64,000 nucleotides of DNA from Lingula anatina (taxonomy: Eukaryota > Animalia > Brachiopoda). A program made the translations under genes and the position numbers. Below, in pieces: positions 25,452 through 40,400 of the stretch; positions within the stretch are counted from its first letter, which is position 1, and each line of letters opens with the position of its first letter. The stretch spans positions 15,124,587 to 15,188,586 of the forward strand of contig CM120648.1 in NCBI GenBank assembly GCA_051362555.1. Direction: 5' to 3'. The notes below the pieces were generated by a model, which saw only the letters and a program-made list of their open reading frames with translations, searched no databases and was not told where the DNA came from.

Positions 25452-27181
25452 CAGACTTGACATTTAATATGGATATATTTCAGTTTCGATGGTATGCCTA
25501 GGTAGAAATGCATTCTTTTTTTTAGAAAAACTCCGATCTCATATAAGATATGTGAATGGAGAAGTGTGTAGTCATGTGTGTCGCTTCCCATTAACTGAAT
25601 GCCAGGTTTGTTGCGCTACTGCATTATATAATATGCATTAATTTAATTGGGTAGTGCTCCTTTGGGCAGGTAAAAGCTTGGCTTTGGCAAAGCATGGTTC
25701 TAGCATTAAAGTATCCATATGTCGGCAACTACTGCATTGAGGAATTTGAGATTTTGCATACAAGTGGTCGGTTTTGCAGTGTGTAAAATGAACTGTGCAG
25801 TGCTTTACAAATTTGTTAATCTGTGGCAAAATGGCGCGAAAAAGACAGACATTTCCAGACAGACAATTTTATAGAGTAATGCCCAGACTGATGTACCTAC
25901 ATAGAGGCCACACCCAATGTAATGAAATCTTACCAACAGGTTACAGGACCCACTGTCTTTCAGGATATGCTTTTGCAACTAAACAAAAAAAAAACCCAGT
26001 CCGTTCAGAATGAGGGGTAAATTGCCACCAAAATGCATATTTCATGGCCCTTAGCGAACACCAAACTGGTTTTGGCAGGTTGGAATATCAGACGACCTCC
26101 TAGCAACTCACTGTAAACAGCAAAACACCGTTGTATGCTTCTCTAATGAATTGGGGACCTTGACCGTTTCTGGGTTGAACACTGAAACCTCGTGGCTTTC
26201 TTTATTGAATTCAGATTTCACCTGTACCGCTCAACTAGTCAAAACAGAGTTTACAGATATCCAGAAAAGGCCAACGACGAAGTGTGTGCCGCGTCTAAAG
26301 TGACTTAGGTCATTAACGGCGTCAGTATTTGGAGTGGATGCTACATTGGTGACAAAACACCAATGGCAGTCATCGACGAAAACCTGAACCAGATCAAATA
26401 AAGGAATAATCTGGGAACCACTTGACTATCATTTGATAGGGGGCACCTTAGGAACAATTTTAGGTTGCACGGTGAGATTGTCGGTTCACATAGAGCACTT
26501 TTAATAGCAGATTACTTACAGAACCTAGGGAATGAGCAGCTACCTTGGTTATCAAAACCCCCATGTTTGAACCACATAGACAATGTGTGGGTAGGTCATT
26601 ACTCGCCGAATCAATGGCCTACTTGGCCTACAACAAAACTGGACCAAATTGGACAGATTTTGACCGATGCCTGGAATGTTAGGTCATTACTCGCCGAATC
26701 AATGGCCTACTTGGCCTACAACAAAACTGGACCAAATTGGACAGATTTTGACCGATGCCTGGAATGTTATTCCAGATTGAACTCTAAAAACCTATCCCAA
26801 GGAATGCCTTGCCTCTTGAGAGCGCTGGTAGCAGCCAGAAGAATTCAGGCGTAACAGCGACCGCTACTGTGACTAGACACCGCATGACATGAGGGTCCTT
26901 TGTGGAGCGTGTAACTCTTTTATAGACAATAATTTGGAAAATATAGAGATTCAAAATATCTCTTTTAATGGTTGACGTAAGAAGTAGAATAGGCAATATG
27001 TTTTTGTTCGCTTCTCTGGCGAATTCCATTAATGAACTGATGTCACAGTGACATCAAAGAGATAATTAAAATTTATTAGAACACAATTTTAATCCTTATT
27101 TTCATTTATCAGTCAGCAAAATAGGAAAAAACTGATGAAAAATAATTTGGAAAAAAAATTCCATATTAAATGTCAGGTCTG
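25452..27181 (+). mobile_element. Heavily decayed Tc1-like element, family 3
   Basis: TA-flanked TIRs CAGACTTGACATTTAATATGG; remnant LPWLSKPPCLNHIDNVW; internal about 88-bp tandem duplication near 26590-26770. Confidence 0.85.
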
Positions 27182-28214
27182 TATTTAGTCAAACAAGGTC
27201 TTATACATTTACACGTGAGAACTAGCTAAAACGTTCCTCAAATTTGTGTAAATGAGCGAAAGTGCTCTCGGTATTCAGCCGTATAAATGCAGACACAGAC
27301 TACATGTTCCTTCATTTAAATAACACCGCACGCACAGTCTGTTCTCACGTGGCCTTCTGGCCCACCTGTCAATGAATCATCACTGCACTAAATAAAAAAA
27401 ACATTCACAACAACATAAAAACCCATACGTTAAGTACGCTTTACAATGTAACGTATGTTCATTCAGTTGGCGTTTGCTTTTTTCCACGTACAGCTTATTT
27501 TGAAATGATTTCATTGACAAAAAATCGATACCCTGTCTCTATATGTAGGAAGGGCAGGTATGATGAGACACTATTGTTTTCCTCATTCAACTTAAAGGCA
27601 TAGTCCAACTGTGTTTAATGGATTTGGCAGCACGCAGAAAGAGAAAGAAATTTGGAGCAACTCGTTCTTTATGCTACTAAAAGCTTTTATTGGTATGGTC
27701 AATCGACATGAACAAAGCACGCATGTGGCAAGCAATGAAATAGACCGTTGAGTCGGTAGATTCTAATTAGCTAACTCTTGGATTTTTTCATTGAAACGTA
27801 TAATCGCTAAATGGTGTATTAGTCTAAGGTACATTCATATTTTTCACTCAGTCGGCCAATTAAGTTCAACACTAAACAATTAAACCATGAACAAAAAGCC
27901 AATCGCAAAGCCACGGTTGATTGGTGACATTCACTTACAGATTGAGAACTTTGCGGTGGGTAAGCAGTGGTAATTTTACATTGCAAAGCTTAACATGGTA
28001 GCTACTTCTGTGTTTCCATTCTATAACACACACACCAAAGCCCAATAATCATCTTCAGAGCGTTTGATCTGTTGATATACAGTATATAATCATCGAACAT
28101 TTACAGAGATTTCATAATCAAGTACCTATTAAAAATCATATAAAAAATGCACTAATAACATGAATTTTTGTTGTCTCGTGGCTGTGTTTGGATTTCAGAT
28201 TGTTCTTTTGATAT

Positions 28215-28441
28215 TTATCCAATCGGGACGAAAGGTTGTTTCCATTGCGCTTGACAAATGAAACCGGAAAACTGATCACAAGGTCTGTCTACATAACTGT
28301 ACCCATTGGCAGGGTGGATTGCAACGCAGTCTGCATCACTAGGGGTGTCAGCGGGTCGTCCAGTGTCCCAACTTGGCGTGTAGGAAACATCTGTGCCGTC
28401 AACAAACTTGAATGTTAGCTCCTTTTCCGCATCAGTGATCC
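28215..28441 (-). CDS. Paralog B exon 20 (C-type lectin domain, C-half, and stop)
   Basis: [17 protein letters not shown]...WDTGRPAD...DCVAI...[15 protein letters not shown]...IG*. Confidence 0.9.
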
Positions 28442-31400
28442 CTACGATTATAGATGGGATTCAGAATGATTAACATTAAGGCCAAAAAGTAGGTTCTTAA
28501 ATGTGACAATTTTTCGTTTGATCCTGTATTTTAGCCTGCAATAATTTTACTTTCTTTAGTTTCATTCGCAAACTCATGAAATGTAATTCATATACACTAA
28601 TTGATATAAATTCTACATTTTACAAAGATTTTACAAGTTCACTTACCAATCCAAAGGAAAGTGGATGATTTTAGAATTTTGTGCGTCAGCAGTTTGTACT
28701 CCTGGATGGTTCTTATCATTGCCAGATCAGCACTAACGTTGCGACATGAATCTCTTGCATGGGAGAAGTTGAGCGATGTTCTTCGTATCAGGTAACACCT
28801 GTTGTTTACATTAGTGAAATGTAGGGGGCACCCCGATGGTCTGGCTGAAATGCATTAAGGTTGGAATATCTTTTTAAAGACGGAAGTTCTCTATATTAGG
28901 AATATCTTACAAGATGACACACAAAAATTTTCTGACATTCAAGACAATATGACGACTGTAAGCTAAATACACTAAAATGGGTAATCATATAAACTCTTTG
29001 ATAGGTACTACATGTATAGCATGTCAGCATCATGCTATTTTAATCTTTAATATTACGTACATATACAGTTATAACTTCCTTCCACGTTCACACAGTCAGC
29101 ATACCGTCCACATAAGTCCTTGTCTAAGCATTCGTTGATATCTGAAATTAATCGACAAGTACTTATTCAAATCTGTTCTTTAGACACAACATGAAGTAGA
29201 CAAGGGTATCCAACATTTAAAACAGTGCAATATCTATGTTGTATTGGAACTGATTCTAAAACTGTTTAGTAAAAGTAGAGGTGGCCCATTGTAAGTTTAT
29301 GTTCTGCTGACCTGTGCATTTTTCTCCGGTGAAGCCAATCTTGCAAGTGCACCTGTAACTTCCCGGGGTGTTGGTACAAACGGCGGTAGACAGACATGGG
29401 TTGGATAACTGGCATTCGTCTACATCTGTAACGGTTGTTTGAACAGGATTTAATGAAAGCTAACAGGGTAAATCAATATTAAGTATGGTGCCAGTCTTTC
29501 TGTAAGAACTGACGTTAAGGCAACGCATTTTTAACGGGGTATGCTTAACAGCTCCCTCACAAAACACAAAAGGACGTTGCCTTGCCATGGCCTTTATCCA
29601 TCAAGTAAAACACGTCCTCCAAAATCCCGGCCTTAATTAATACTTAAGTTTACAAAAATAACTATGCAGTCCTTATAAGCAACACAGCCGAAAATAAAGT
29701 CTGAAAGATTTTCCGTAATAATTTTAAAACATCTAAAAAGAGGAGATTTAAATAATTTAAAGAGCATGCGTTTGCAAAAAAAAAAAAAAAATAATAATAA
29801 TAATAATAATAATTAAAAAAATAAATTAATAAATAAAATGAAAAATAAATTAAAAAAAACAAATATGTTATGAATGTTGAAAAGATTCACCCACCATACA
29901 AATGTAAAACAACTATATATGAAGTATTTGTAATTTATAAGTAATAACTGATGATGTTTTTCACAAAATTATACCTGTACATTCCTTGCCTCCGTGGTTA
30001 CTGTATCCAGAGTTACAATGGCAAAGGTAACTGCCGTTTATGTTCTCACAAACACCGTTCAAACAGGGATGTGTTTTACACTCGTCAACATCTGTAATTA
30101 CATGTTGTATTAAGAAAGATGTGCTGTCAATTGTGAAATAGATTGGCAGCGTTGTTATATAAGGTAGGTTGGATAGACTTAGTCCGCAATCACCCAAAGT
30201 CGCTTGCATTCCCTTTAACTTAGGGCTCACACGTATACAAGACTACGTATGTCCCCCTACCTACGCATAATCCATTAGCATCGTTTTCGTAGCCCTGAGG
30301 ACATGTACATCTCCATTTGGTTCCTGAGCAGATGCAGGGAAGTCCACCACATTGGGAACACGGCAAGGATGGCTCTGAAAGGTTATGACAGAATTTGTTT
30401 CGCGAAAGAATGAAAAATCCGGTCTGTTAAATGAAAAATTTAAACGTGATATAAGATAATCATCAAAGCATTGCCACACAATTAAGAGACAAAGATCGTA
30501 CCTGGAATTTCCGTCCAATCGGTGTTATTTACCCTCACATCACATGCACGACATGCTTCGTTCACAGGGTCTGTCTCTCCGTCTTCATAACAATAACCGT
30601 TTATCAGGCAGGCGTCAGACTGAAATAAAGGGATCCAATGGTTCAATGTTAGAAGATAAGGCGCATTTGCACATAAAAATATAATAATATTTTCCTGTAA
30701 TATAGTAAACCTTTATGAATTAAACCACGCATATTATTCATAATGCCGCCAACATGTAATGAGTCTGGAATCTTACGCGAGGATATTTAAAGATACAATG
30801 TGTTTCTCCATGATGATATCATTCTCTTTACTATGAAAGAATAAAAAATTATCTATATCATAATTCAAAAATACCTTGATGACGCAAGTATGATTTTGAC
30901 AGTTCACGCAATGAGAATCAAAAATAGTCACTCTGGTGGAGTTTACAGAGAAGTTATGTCCATCATTGCTAATTTGAAGATCAAAACTTTGAACTGGCGT
31001 TCCCAAAGCTGTTGATTCGACCAGTGGAGTATCAATGGGTTGTTTTGGTAACGGACAGATCATCTCCGCGTATGAAAGTAACTTTGCGAATGTTGTGTAC
31101 GTGTCCGCTACATTGATACGTTGTCCCGACGTAAGGTCCACCTGTGAATTATCAATTTAAATAAGTTTAATAGAATTTGAGGAATATATCTGATTATTTG
31201 TTATCTAAAAAATCTTTCTTAGGTCTCTCAATCAGACGTTTTCCAATGTAGGAAACACCTCTAAATTACAAGGTCTGAACTGAAGATAGTAAAGTGTAGG
31301 CCTACGTCTATACCGTATCTATATCTACGGAACATTGCCTCCGGTGAAGTATTATTATTTTTTACCGAATTTGATATAAGACATTTCCTTTTACGAAGGG

Positions 31401-34400
31401 CTATCCTTACCTTATGCATTATAAATCTACAGGAGACGTTGGTGCCGTCAGCAATGTTAGATGCGCGCAAAGCCATTGCTTCACATCTACGAGTACGAAT
31501 GTCACATACGCCGGCCCCATCAATATCCACCACTTCCGGTGCTCGATTTGCGTCGACAGAGCAATCTACGGCGGTAAATCCAGGATAGCATCTACATTCA
31601 CCATCTTCACATGTTCCTTTACCGCTGCATTTGTTTGGACAGACGAGTTTACTTATCTTTTCAATGTCCTCCATTCTAAAGTTTATTGGAGCAGCAGTAC
31701 CAGATGGGTTCGTTGGATTTGCCGTTCCATTGGGCGCTCTGGCAACTGGCGGTGGAAGTTTGGTTCTTCGCGCTTCAATAAGACACCCTACTTCCATGTT
31801 CTCGACTGCCATACTGCTGGACACAATTTTGTCGTCGGTCAACTAAAAAGAAGTATTTTTAAAATGTCACCAAAATGAAACATAGTTATTACTTTTATTA
31901 ACTCCCTGCAAATACAGTCACGTTGCATGTTAATTTAACCACCTGCGCGGCGGTGGTGGTACACATGGTTTTCCGTCTCGTCCGTCCCATCCGCCGGCTC
32001 CGCCTGCCCTGCCGGCTCCGCCGCCGTTTTACCGTTACCGCTTCTCCTCGTAGACTACAACAGCCTGCGTACCCATCTCTTGGATTTAGGTCATATATAA
32101 TCTCAACTTTATCCACGTTAATTTTGCGCTTTGTCGGTGCATGGATCTAGGTGTGGGGCTCGCTTGTCCAAAATTTGCAAAATAAAATGCTCAATACCCA
32201 TCCCCAGAAATGCACTGCATGACGTCACGCTTAGCCCACTGCGCATGCGTGCACTTTTTTATTAAAATGAGTTGCTAGATTGCCATAGGAAAATGAAAGG
32301 GTTCGCGATTCGTGGGTAATTCGTGATAATTGACAAACTAACGGCCTGATGCCGATAGACAGCAACGCTGTGCTATGCTTCAAGCAACTCCTGACCAAAT
32401 ATCGCTAGGGTTTTAAAAAAATTCTGTTGTACACACGTACTAAGAAGTTTGCCGTGTATTGCCTAACCTACCCTCAGCAAAACGCACACATTTTCAGAAA
32501 TAGTGATTTTAGACGGTAGATTCATTCAGAAACAAAGGCAAACTAATTCGTTGCCGATAGTACCAGCAGATAGCAGCACCATACAGAGTCTGATCAAAAA
32601 CTTTCATGGCAATTGAAGAACTTTTACCACTGTATAATGGAGTTCAAAAAAAGCACTTGGCACAAATGTGAAACTGCCCAGTGCAAGGCCAAGAATTCAA
32701 TCAGTATTTTCAATCAGATTCTACATAAATTGACTGACAATATCACTACTCAGTATTTAACTAATCTTTTAATCCAAAATTCCTATCATCATTTAATAAT
32801 AATGATAATTAAATTCAAAATAATTTTGTAGTAAAGGAAAAATGCAAATAAGAAGTGGAAGACCAATTTTACCCACATTATTCAATTATTTGAATATAAA
32901 AAGAATAAGATCACGATTTAACAAATTAAAATAATCTTTCATGAACTCTTTCATGAATAACATATTAAAGAAAATTAAAGTTATTAATTAGTGGTAATGG
33001 CTTATTCTGGAATATATCACCTCTGCACATCATCAGTACCTGACTTGGTACAGTATAGTTACTACATGTACTTGGATACAGAGTTAGACTTAATAATGTA
33101 ACAATAAGAACAATATATATTACAATAAGCTTCTCTGCACATGTCAGACGCTTGTTACCATGAACTAACACTACTTGACAATGGACTGAGCACTTATCAC
33201 AGAGTCTGTGTGCGATGCCATTGTTGTGCTGTGATTGGCTAGTTGAGTCACGTGAAGCCCTACTGTAGCGCCCTCGCGTATCGCGTGAATGCTGCGCATT
33301 TCTGGGCATGCTGCCCAACCGAAGGAATTATGCGAATATACCCTTGGATTTGACCTTACCCTTTATTTCAAGGTCAAACGGGTCGCAATTTTCTTAAAAG
33401 GGTATTTTTGCAAAAAAAAAATTATTTGTGCCGATTTTTAGAAACTACACAGACCTAACCTATTATGGGCAGGTGTATTACACTGTCCTATTTCATCTTC
33501 GTGAGTTTGGGGTTAATCGATGCATTTTCACGGGAGAAGCAGCCATTAGGTGCCAAAACTGAAAACTCTCTTGTAGAGCTTGTCACGCGCAACACTGAAT
33601 GTGATTATTGTTTTTTTTTTTTGTTTTCCATACGGTTTACGAGTTGCGCTATTTTAAAGAGTACAACATCGCAATATTCAGTGGTGAAAATAAAATGGGA
33701 AATGACTCCAAAGTTAGCAGAGATACGCCCATGGTACACTTGAACTTGACGTGGAAGTTATTCACTGGCAATCTAACTGTGGCCTTCAAATTGACCTTTG
33801 TCCTTCTTTACACCATGAACTGAACTTTGCAACTTTTCCGTCCCTTATATCTTCAATACTGGCAGAGATGCGCCCATAGTTACTATTAAAATTGACCTTT
33901 GGCCTACTTGTCACCATGAACTGAACTTCTCTAATTTTCCGTCCCTTATATCTTCAAAACTGGTAGAGATACGTCCTTAGTTACTACATAATTTGCATTG
34001 GAAGTCATATACTGGCAAATAAAATGTGACCTTGAAATTGACCTTTGGCCTACTTTTCACAATGAAGTAGACTTTGCAAATTTTCCGTCCTTTATATCTT
34101 TCTAAATGCTATTGGAGTGTTTCATAGTCTAAGAAGGTTCTGATGGGCACAGCACTTAGATTTAATGACGAGTTATGTGGGTTTACTTTTAAGGAGAATA
34201 CTATTCAATTTTATCACACGGTTAATAAAGGTACTCGGCAAAGGGGTATCCCATAAAATTCAGAATTAAAACAAACTGTAAAACATGAACCTTACCTGAA
34301 TATCCCCCACGCACTGTTTAATGCTCTCACTAAAGTCAAAGTCTGGAACATTCGTACATAAGTTGTACACTGGGGACTTCTTTATCTCTCCGATACAAAA

Positions 34401-37400
34401 CTCTGTGGCCGTTGCTTCCGTTTCCCCACTCTTAGTTGGCCATTTCGGTTTTACTGCTGGTGCAACGTTACGTTCGTTGTAGTCAAAGTGGTAGGAATAG
34501 CGCGAGATGTCCTGTATGATTTCATCACTGGTATCTATTCCACTTCGAACGCTTCTTCTGCGCCTTCCCTTCGTTTGGAGGGTTGGGGTGTCCTTTGTTA
34601 TGTCGGTGGCTTTTGTTGCTTCGTTTTCTTTTTTAACGTCTTCATGGTACTTGCAAACTATTTTCTTATTCTCGCAGGAACAGTACTTTTTGTTGTCTAA
34701 TGATTTGCGCTCAGTGAATTCCTCCGGGTCAATATTTGGATCAAAATACGTACGTCTGTTCAAACCAGGAACTCTTTAAATCATAAAAGAATTGTGAGAA
34801 AGACCGTTGCTATCTCTAAATGACCCTAAACCGACTATACAAGATTATTTTATGTGATGGTCCAACTTCTTTAACGCATGCACATTCTTATTGTTTATGT
34901 ATTTACTTTTTAAATATGGAGGCAAGATTGTTGCGAACGTTTAAATACACAAAATGGTTGAAAACTACAGAACAAAATACATTCAAACACTTGATGCTTC
35001 AACTAGAGAGGAAAGTCGACAATTAGACAGACGAAAGTATACATTGGTGCGTGTAGTCATGGGACACTTGAGGGACAAAAAAACATGATAATTGTCATCC
35101 ACTAAGTATTAACGTGTTTATACGTAAGAAAATACCGATAATGGAGTTCAATTTAAAATCTACCTGAAGCCTTGTACTTGTCGTTTTGGTGTGAAAAATT
35201 AATTCAAAAAAATTAAGTCTAAGGCGACGAATAAACTTGAGCTCTCTTTCTAAGATCCCATTCCCACAGATTTTAGATCGATCTATCCCCGTGGGGAGTC
35301 TCACTAGATTACTGTCAGCTTAGCCGGCTTAAATGTCTGTCCCGCTTACTAAAAGCTGTAAGGGGGTAATCAACTATAGTGCGCGCTCGGCTGACAGCTA
35401 TTTAGCGTTATCCCCAGGGAGTTAGGTCGATCTAGTTGGATCGATCTAAATCTCTGGGAATGCGCCCTAAGACCCCATTCCCATACATAGATCGACCTAG
35501 CAGGACTGACCCATCTGCTAGGGGACTCTCGCTAAATTGCATTCAGATTAAGCGGCTTAAATATTTGGCGCGCTTACTGAAGCTTTTCAACGATAGTTAA
35601 TTACCCCTTTACAGTTTCAGTGGACGTGCCACACATCAGAGCCTCTTTAGCTAAATGTAAATTAGCAAGAGGCCAATAAACAAGCATATCAATAAACGAG
35701 CTTAGTAAGATGCTACGTTTTTTAAACTTAAATTACCGTGACCCTTTATGGGAAGTGCACAGCGACAGCTTCCGTTGATGAAATGGTTACATGTAGTCTA
35801 TAACAATAAAATTAAAAGGAACTAAATTAAATGCTGTAGATACTAAATTAAATTCTTCAGATATTAAATTAAATACTGCAGCTATATCTGAGTACAGAAT
35901 GTAATCTAAGATATATTCATTTCGTGTATTCATTTATTTTGTTTATTTATCTATTCATTTTTTGCAAGAGCGGGCTAGCTATGTATTCAGCATGAAATAT
36001 AATAGCTATGATGCACATTCACAATACCTAAGACTGGGTTCCCATACCTAGATCGATCTAACAGGATCGATCCATCTCCGAGGGGATACCTGCTAAATTG
36101 ATTTCAGTTAAGCGGCTTAGATTTCTGGCGCTCCTAATGAAGCTGCTAAACGACACTTAATTACTCCCTAGCAGTTTCAGTAGGCGACACAGATATCTAA
36201 ACCGCTTAAATTGATTGCAATTTAGCGAGAATCCCCTTGGAGATAGATCGACCCACAATTAGTACCAAAGGGTCTGGGGATGGTCCCTTATATAATTTAA
36301 AACCCTTCCGATGAAAGCGTAATACTCCCATACCCAATATAGAGGTGCAAGTGAGGTCACAGGCATGCTCTTAAAACTATTAGTCCACAGATTGCAAACC
36401 ATGTTTGATAATTTTAGGGTCCCGAATGAAAAAGTTTATATCGAGGTTTCACTCCCCTGGGACCATGAATGATAAAAATAATTCATCATTTACCCACAAA
36501 AAGGAACATACGTTACTCTCACAAATGCAAAAAGACCTGTGAAATGTTTAACTCACTTTGAAATTTCAATCATCACTGTTTTTGTTCTGTGATTTATCTC
36601 CTACAAGTATAACGTTGTAAAAATTTGTAATATTCTTCTGTATAGAGCAGTTTATCGTTTTTGAGCGACTTTAGTTTGCTTGTCACTGGATATAAAAAAG
36701 GAGGAAAATACACCCTACCGACAGTGAAATAAGCATTAAACTAGAGGATCAGACAGGCGATACCGCCTCCGGATAATGTACCACCAGCTGGAGTAAGCGT
36801 GTTCATATGGAACTCCCCCAAAAAAGGGACACCACTACCAGTCTTGTGCTTGACCAGCTCTATAAAATGCAATCAACAAGACTTCTCAAAATATGCAAAA
36901 AGCAAAAAAATATAACTAAAAATGATACAATCAAGCAGATTTCCTAACATTGATCACTCCTGTGATTTTCTAGACAATAGGCCTATTAGGCCAATGTATT
37001 GTCAGAATTGCATATATGCTGACAAAAGAGAAAACCTAGGGGCAACACTGGGCATATCTCTGCTAGTTTTGAAGATATGAGGGGCAGGAAAATATGCAAA
37101 GTTCAGGTCATGGTGAAAAAGTAGACCAAAGGTCAATTTCAATGTCACAGTATATGACCTCCTACTCTAGTCCAATGGTAACCATGGGCATTTCTTTGCT
37201 AATTTTGGAGATTAAAGGCCAGAAAACATGCAAAAAGTAGTTCATCATAAAAATGGGTCAAAAGTCAATTTCAAGGTCACAGTTACATAGCCAGTATATG
37301 ACTTTCTATTCAAGTTCAATAGTGACTTTGGGCGTATCTCTGTCAGTTTTTGAGGATATAAGTAAACGAAAATTTCAGCTCATGTAAAAAAGCAGGTCAA

Positions 37401-40400
37401 AGGTCAATTTTAAGGTCACAGTTAGATTGCCAGTATATGACTTCCTATTCAAGTTCAATAGTAACTATGAGCGTTTCCTTGTCAGTTTTGGAGATATAAG
37501 GGGTAGAAAAGTTGCAAAGTTCAGTTAATGGTGAAAAGTAGGTCAAAGGTCAATTTCAAGGTCACAGTTAAATTGCCAATATATGACTTCCTATTCATCT
37601 TCAATAGTAACTATGGACCTATATCTACTAGTTTTGGAGATATAAGGGACTTAATGTTACAGTTTTAGAGTTACAGTAATGTGCCATAAATTTCCTACAA
37701 AAGAAATTAATTGAAATAAATAAAAGGTCATTTTGGTTGAAATTCTTGAAATGGGAGGTGCTCAGAAGTTCCAGATATTCAAATTTCATGAAATAATGTC
37801 ATTTTTGACCAGAAGTTGTCTGCCTCACCAAGCCTTATGTTATCTTTTCCAGACGTTAAATTTTTTTTTACATATTACCGTATTGTACATTTTACTTTCA
37901 CCACCACAATGTACTTTTTGATACAGCATAACCCGTAAACCGTATGGAAAACAAAAAAAGGGAGACCACCTCCAGTGTTGGGCTTGACATGCTCTATCTA
38001 ATGCAAAAAACAAGAGGTCTCTAGCATTAACGGTTCCAGAATTGGAGAGAGTTTTATCGCCGCTGCTCCTGTGAAAATGCACCGACTGAACCCAAACTCA
38101 CAGAGATGAAAGATAACCTGAAGGGTAACACCTGCTAATAATATTATAGCTTAGGTCTGTGTAATTTCTGAATATCAGCGCAAATAATTTTTTTTCGTAA
38201 AAAATTCCTTTTTTTTTTTTTGAAAATTTTGGTCCGTTTCACCTTGAAATAAAGGTCAAAGGTCAAATCCAAGGGCATATTTGGAATCCTCGTATATGAC
38301 TTTCGGTCTGACTTCTATACTAATTTTTCCCATAATTCCTTCAGTTTGGGAGATATATTGCATTGAATTTTCAAAAGTTTTGACAACGGTGCATTTCAAC
38401 GAGCGTCACGCCCATGCAAATGCACCGACTGAGACAAGAAACCAGGGGGTTCAAGGTGAGATTATGTGTGACCTAAATCCAAGAGATGGGCACACAGGCC
38501 CATGCAGTCTAGGAGGAGAAGCGGTAACGGTGACTTGTATCCCACGGCACCCTGCGGAGCCGGCGGAGCCGTACGATGCGGGTCGGGACTAAAACCATAA
38601 GTACCGCCAGCGTACACGCTGGTGGTACTAATAACTAGAGACTTGACATTTAATATTTCAGTTTTGAAGGTATGCCTAAGTAAAATGCGTTCTTTTTTCA
38701 AAAAACTCTGATCTCATACAAGATATGTGAATGGAGAAGTGTGTAGTCAGGTATGTCGCTACCAAATGACTGACTATCATGTCTGTTGCACTTCTGTAAT
38801 GTGTAATATGCAGTGATTTAATTAGGTGGTGCTCCTTTGGGCTGGTCATAGCTTGGCTTTGGCAAAGCATGGTTCTGTCAAAAAAGTATCTATATATTGG
38901 CAACTACTGCATAGAAGAATTTAAAATTTCGCATACAAGCGGTCAGTTTTGCAGTGCGTTCAGTGAGCTAAGCAGTGTATTACAGAATTGTTAATTTGTG
39001 GCAGAATGGCGCGAAAAAGACAGACATTACCAGACAGATTATTGAGTCAAACTTAACGGTCCGCACAGAGGAGCGCCCAGACTGATGCACCTAGACTGAA
39101 GCCTCGCCCAATGAATTGAAATCTTACCACCAGGGTACAGTACTCGCTGTCTTTTGGGATATGCTGCTGCAACTAAACAAAAACCATCCAGTCCGTTCAG
39201 AATGAGGGATAAAATGCCACCGTTCAGAATGAAGGATAAAAGGCCCTTAGTGAAAAACCAAACTGGTTTTAGCAGGTGAGAATACCTGGCGACCTCTGAG
39301 GAATCAACAGTAAACAGCAAAACACCGTCGTCTGTTTCTCTAATGAATTGGGGACCATTTCCGTTTCTGGGTAGAACACTGAAACCGCGTGGCTTTCTTT
39401 ATTGAGGTCAGATTTCACCTGTACCGCCCAACTAGTCAAAACAGAGTTTACAGACACCCAGAAGAGGCCTACGACGAAGCGTGTGCCGTGTCTTAAGTGG
39501 CTAGGGTCTTTGACAGCGTCAGTATTTGAAGTGGATACCACACTGGTGCCAAAACACCAATGGTAGTCATCGATGAAAACCTGAACTAGATCAAATAAAG
39601 GAATAAGCGGGGAACCATTTGACTATCATTTGATATAGGGGCACCTTAAGAACAATTTTAGGTTACATGGTGAGGTTGCCGGTCCACACAGCAGATAACT
39701 TACAGAACCAAGGGAATGAGCAGCTACCTAGGTCATGAAAATCGCCATATTTGAACCATAAAGACATTATGTGGGTAGACTATTACTCGCATAATTACTC
39801 GGATTACATGTCCTACAACAAAACTGGACCAAATTGGACAAGTTTTGACCGAGATCCAAAATATCGTATTTAATGGATGTCGTATGACATAGAATAGGCA
39901 ATGTATTTTTGTTTGCTTCACTGGCAAATCCAATGAATGAACTGATGTCACTATGTCATCAAAGAGATAATTAAAAGTTATTAAAACACGATTTTAATCC
40001 TTATTTTCATTTATCAGTCAGCAAAAATAAGAAAAAAAACTGATGAAAAATGTTTTGGAAAAAAAATTCCATATTAAACTTCAAGTCTGTATTTTTCCCC
40101 TCGTGATCCAAATATTATATCAGAAATGTCAAACTATCACGGTATCACAAAATATTTCGCTCAGTAACAGAAAATACTGTTTTCTGTTGCACCAAGTGCT
40201 TGAACAAAATGAAAATTTTTGACAATTTATCTGGGGAACATACGTTACCTAGTATTTGCCATGGCGTAGAGCCCCTTGAGTTACAGTTTAAATATTTATA
40301 AAAACATCCTTACGTCATGTATAATTTACTATGACTGAATCACTACAAAATATATCGGAATGCGGTATAAAAATATAGATCATATCTTAAGTAAGTGCAT

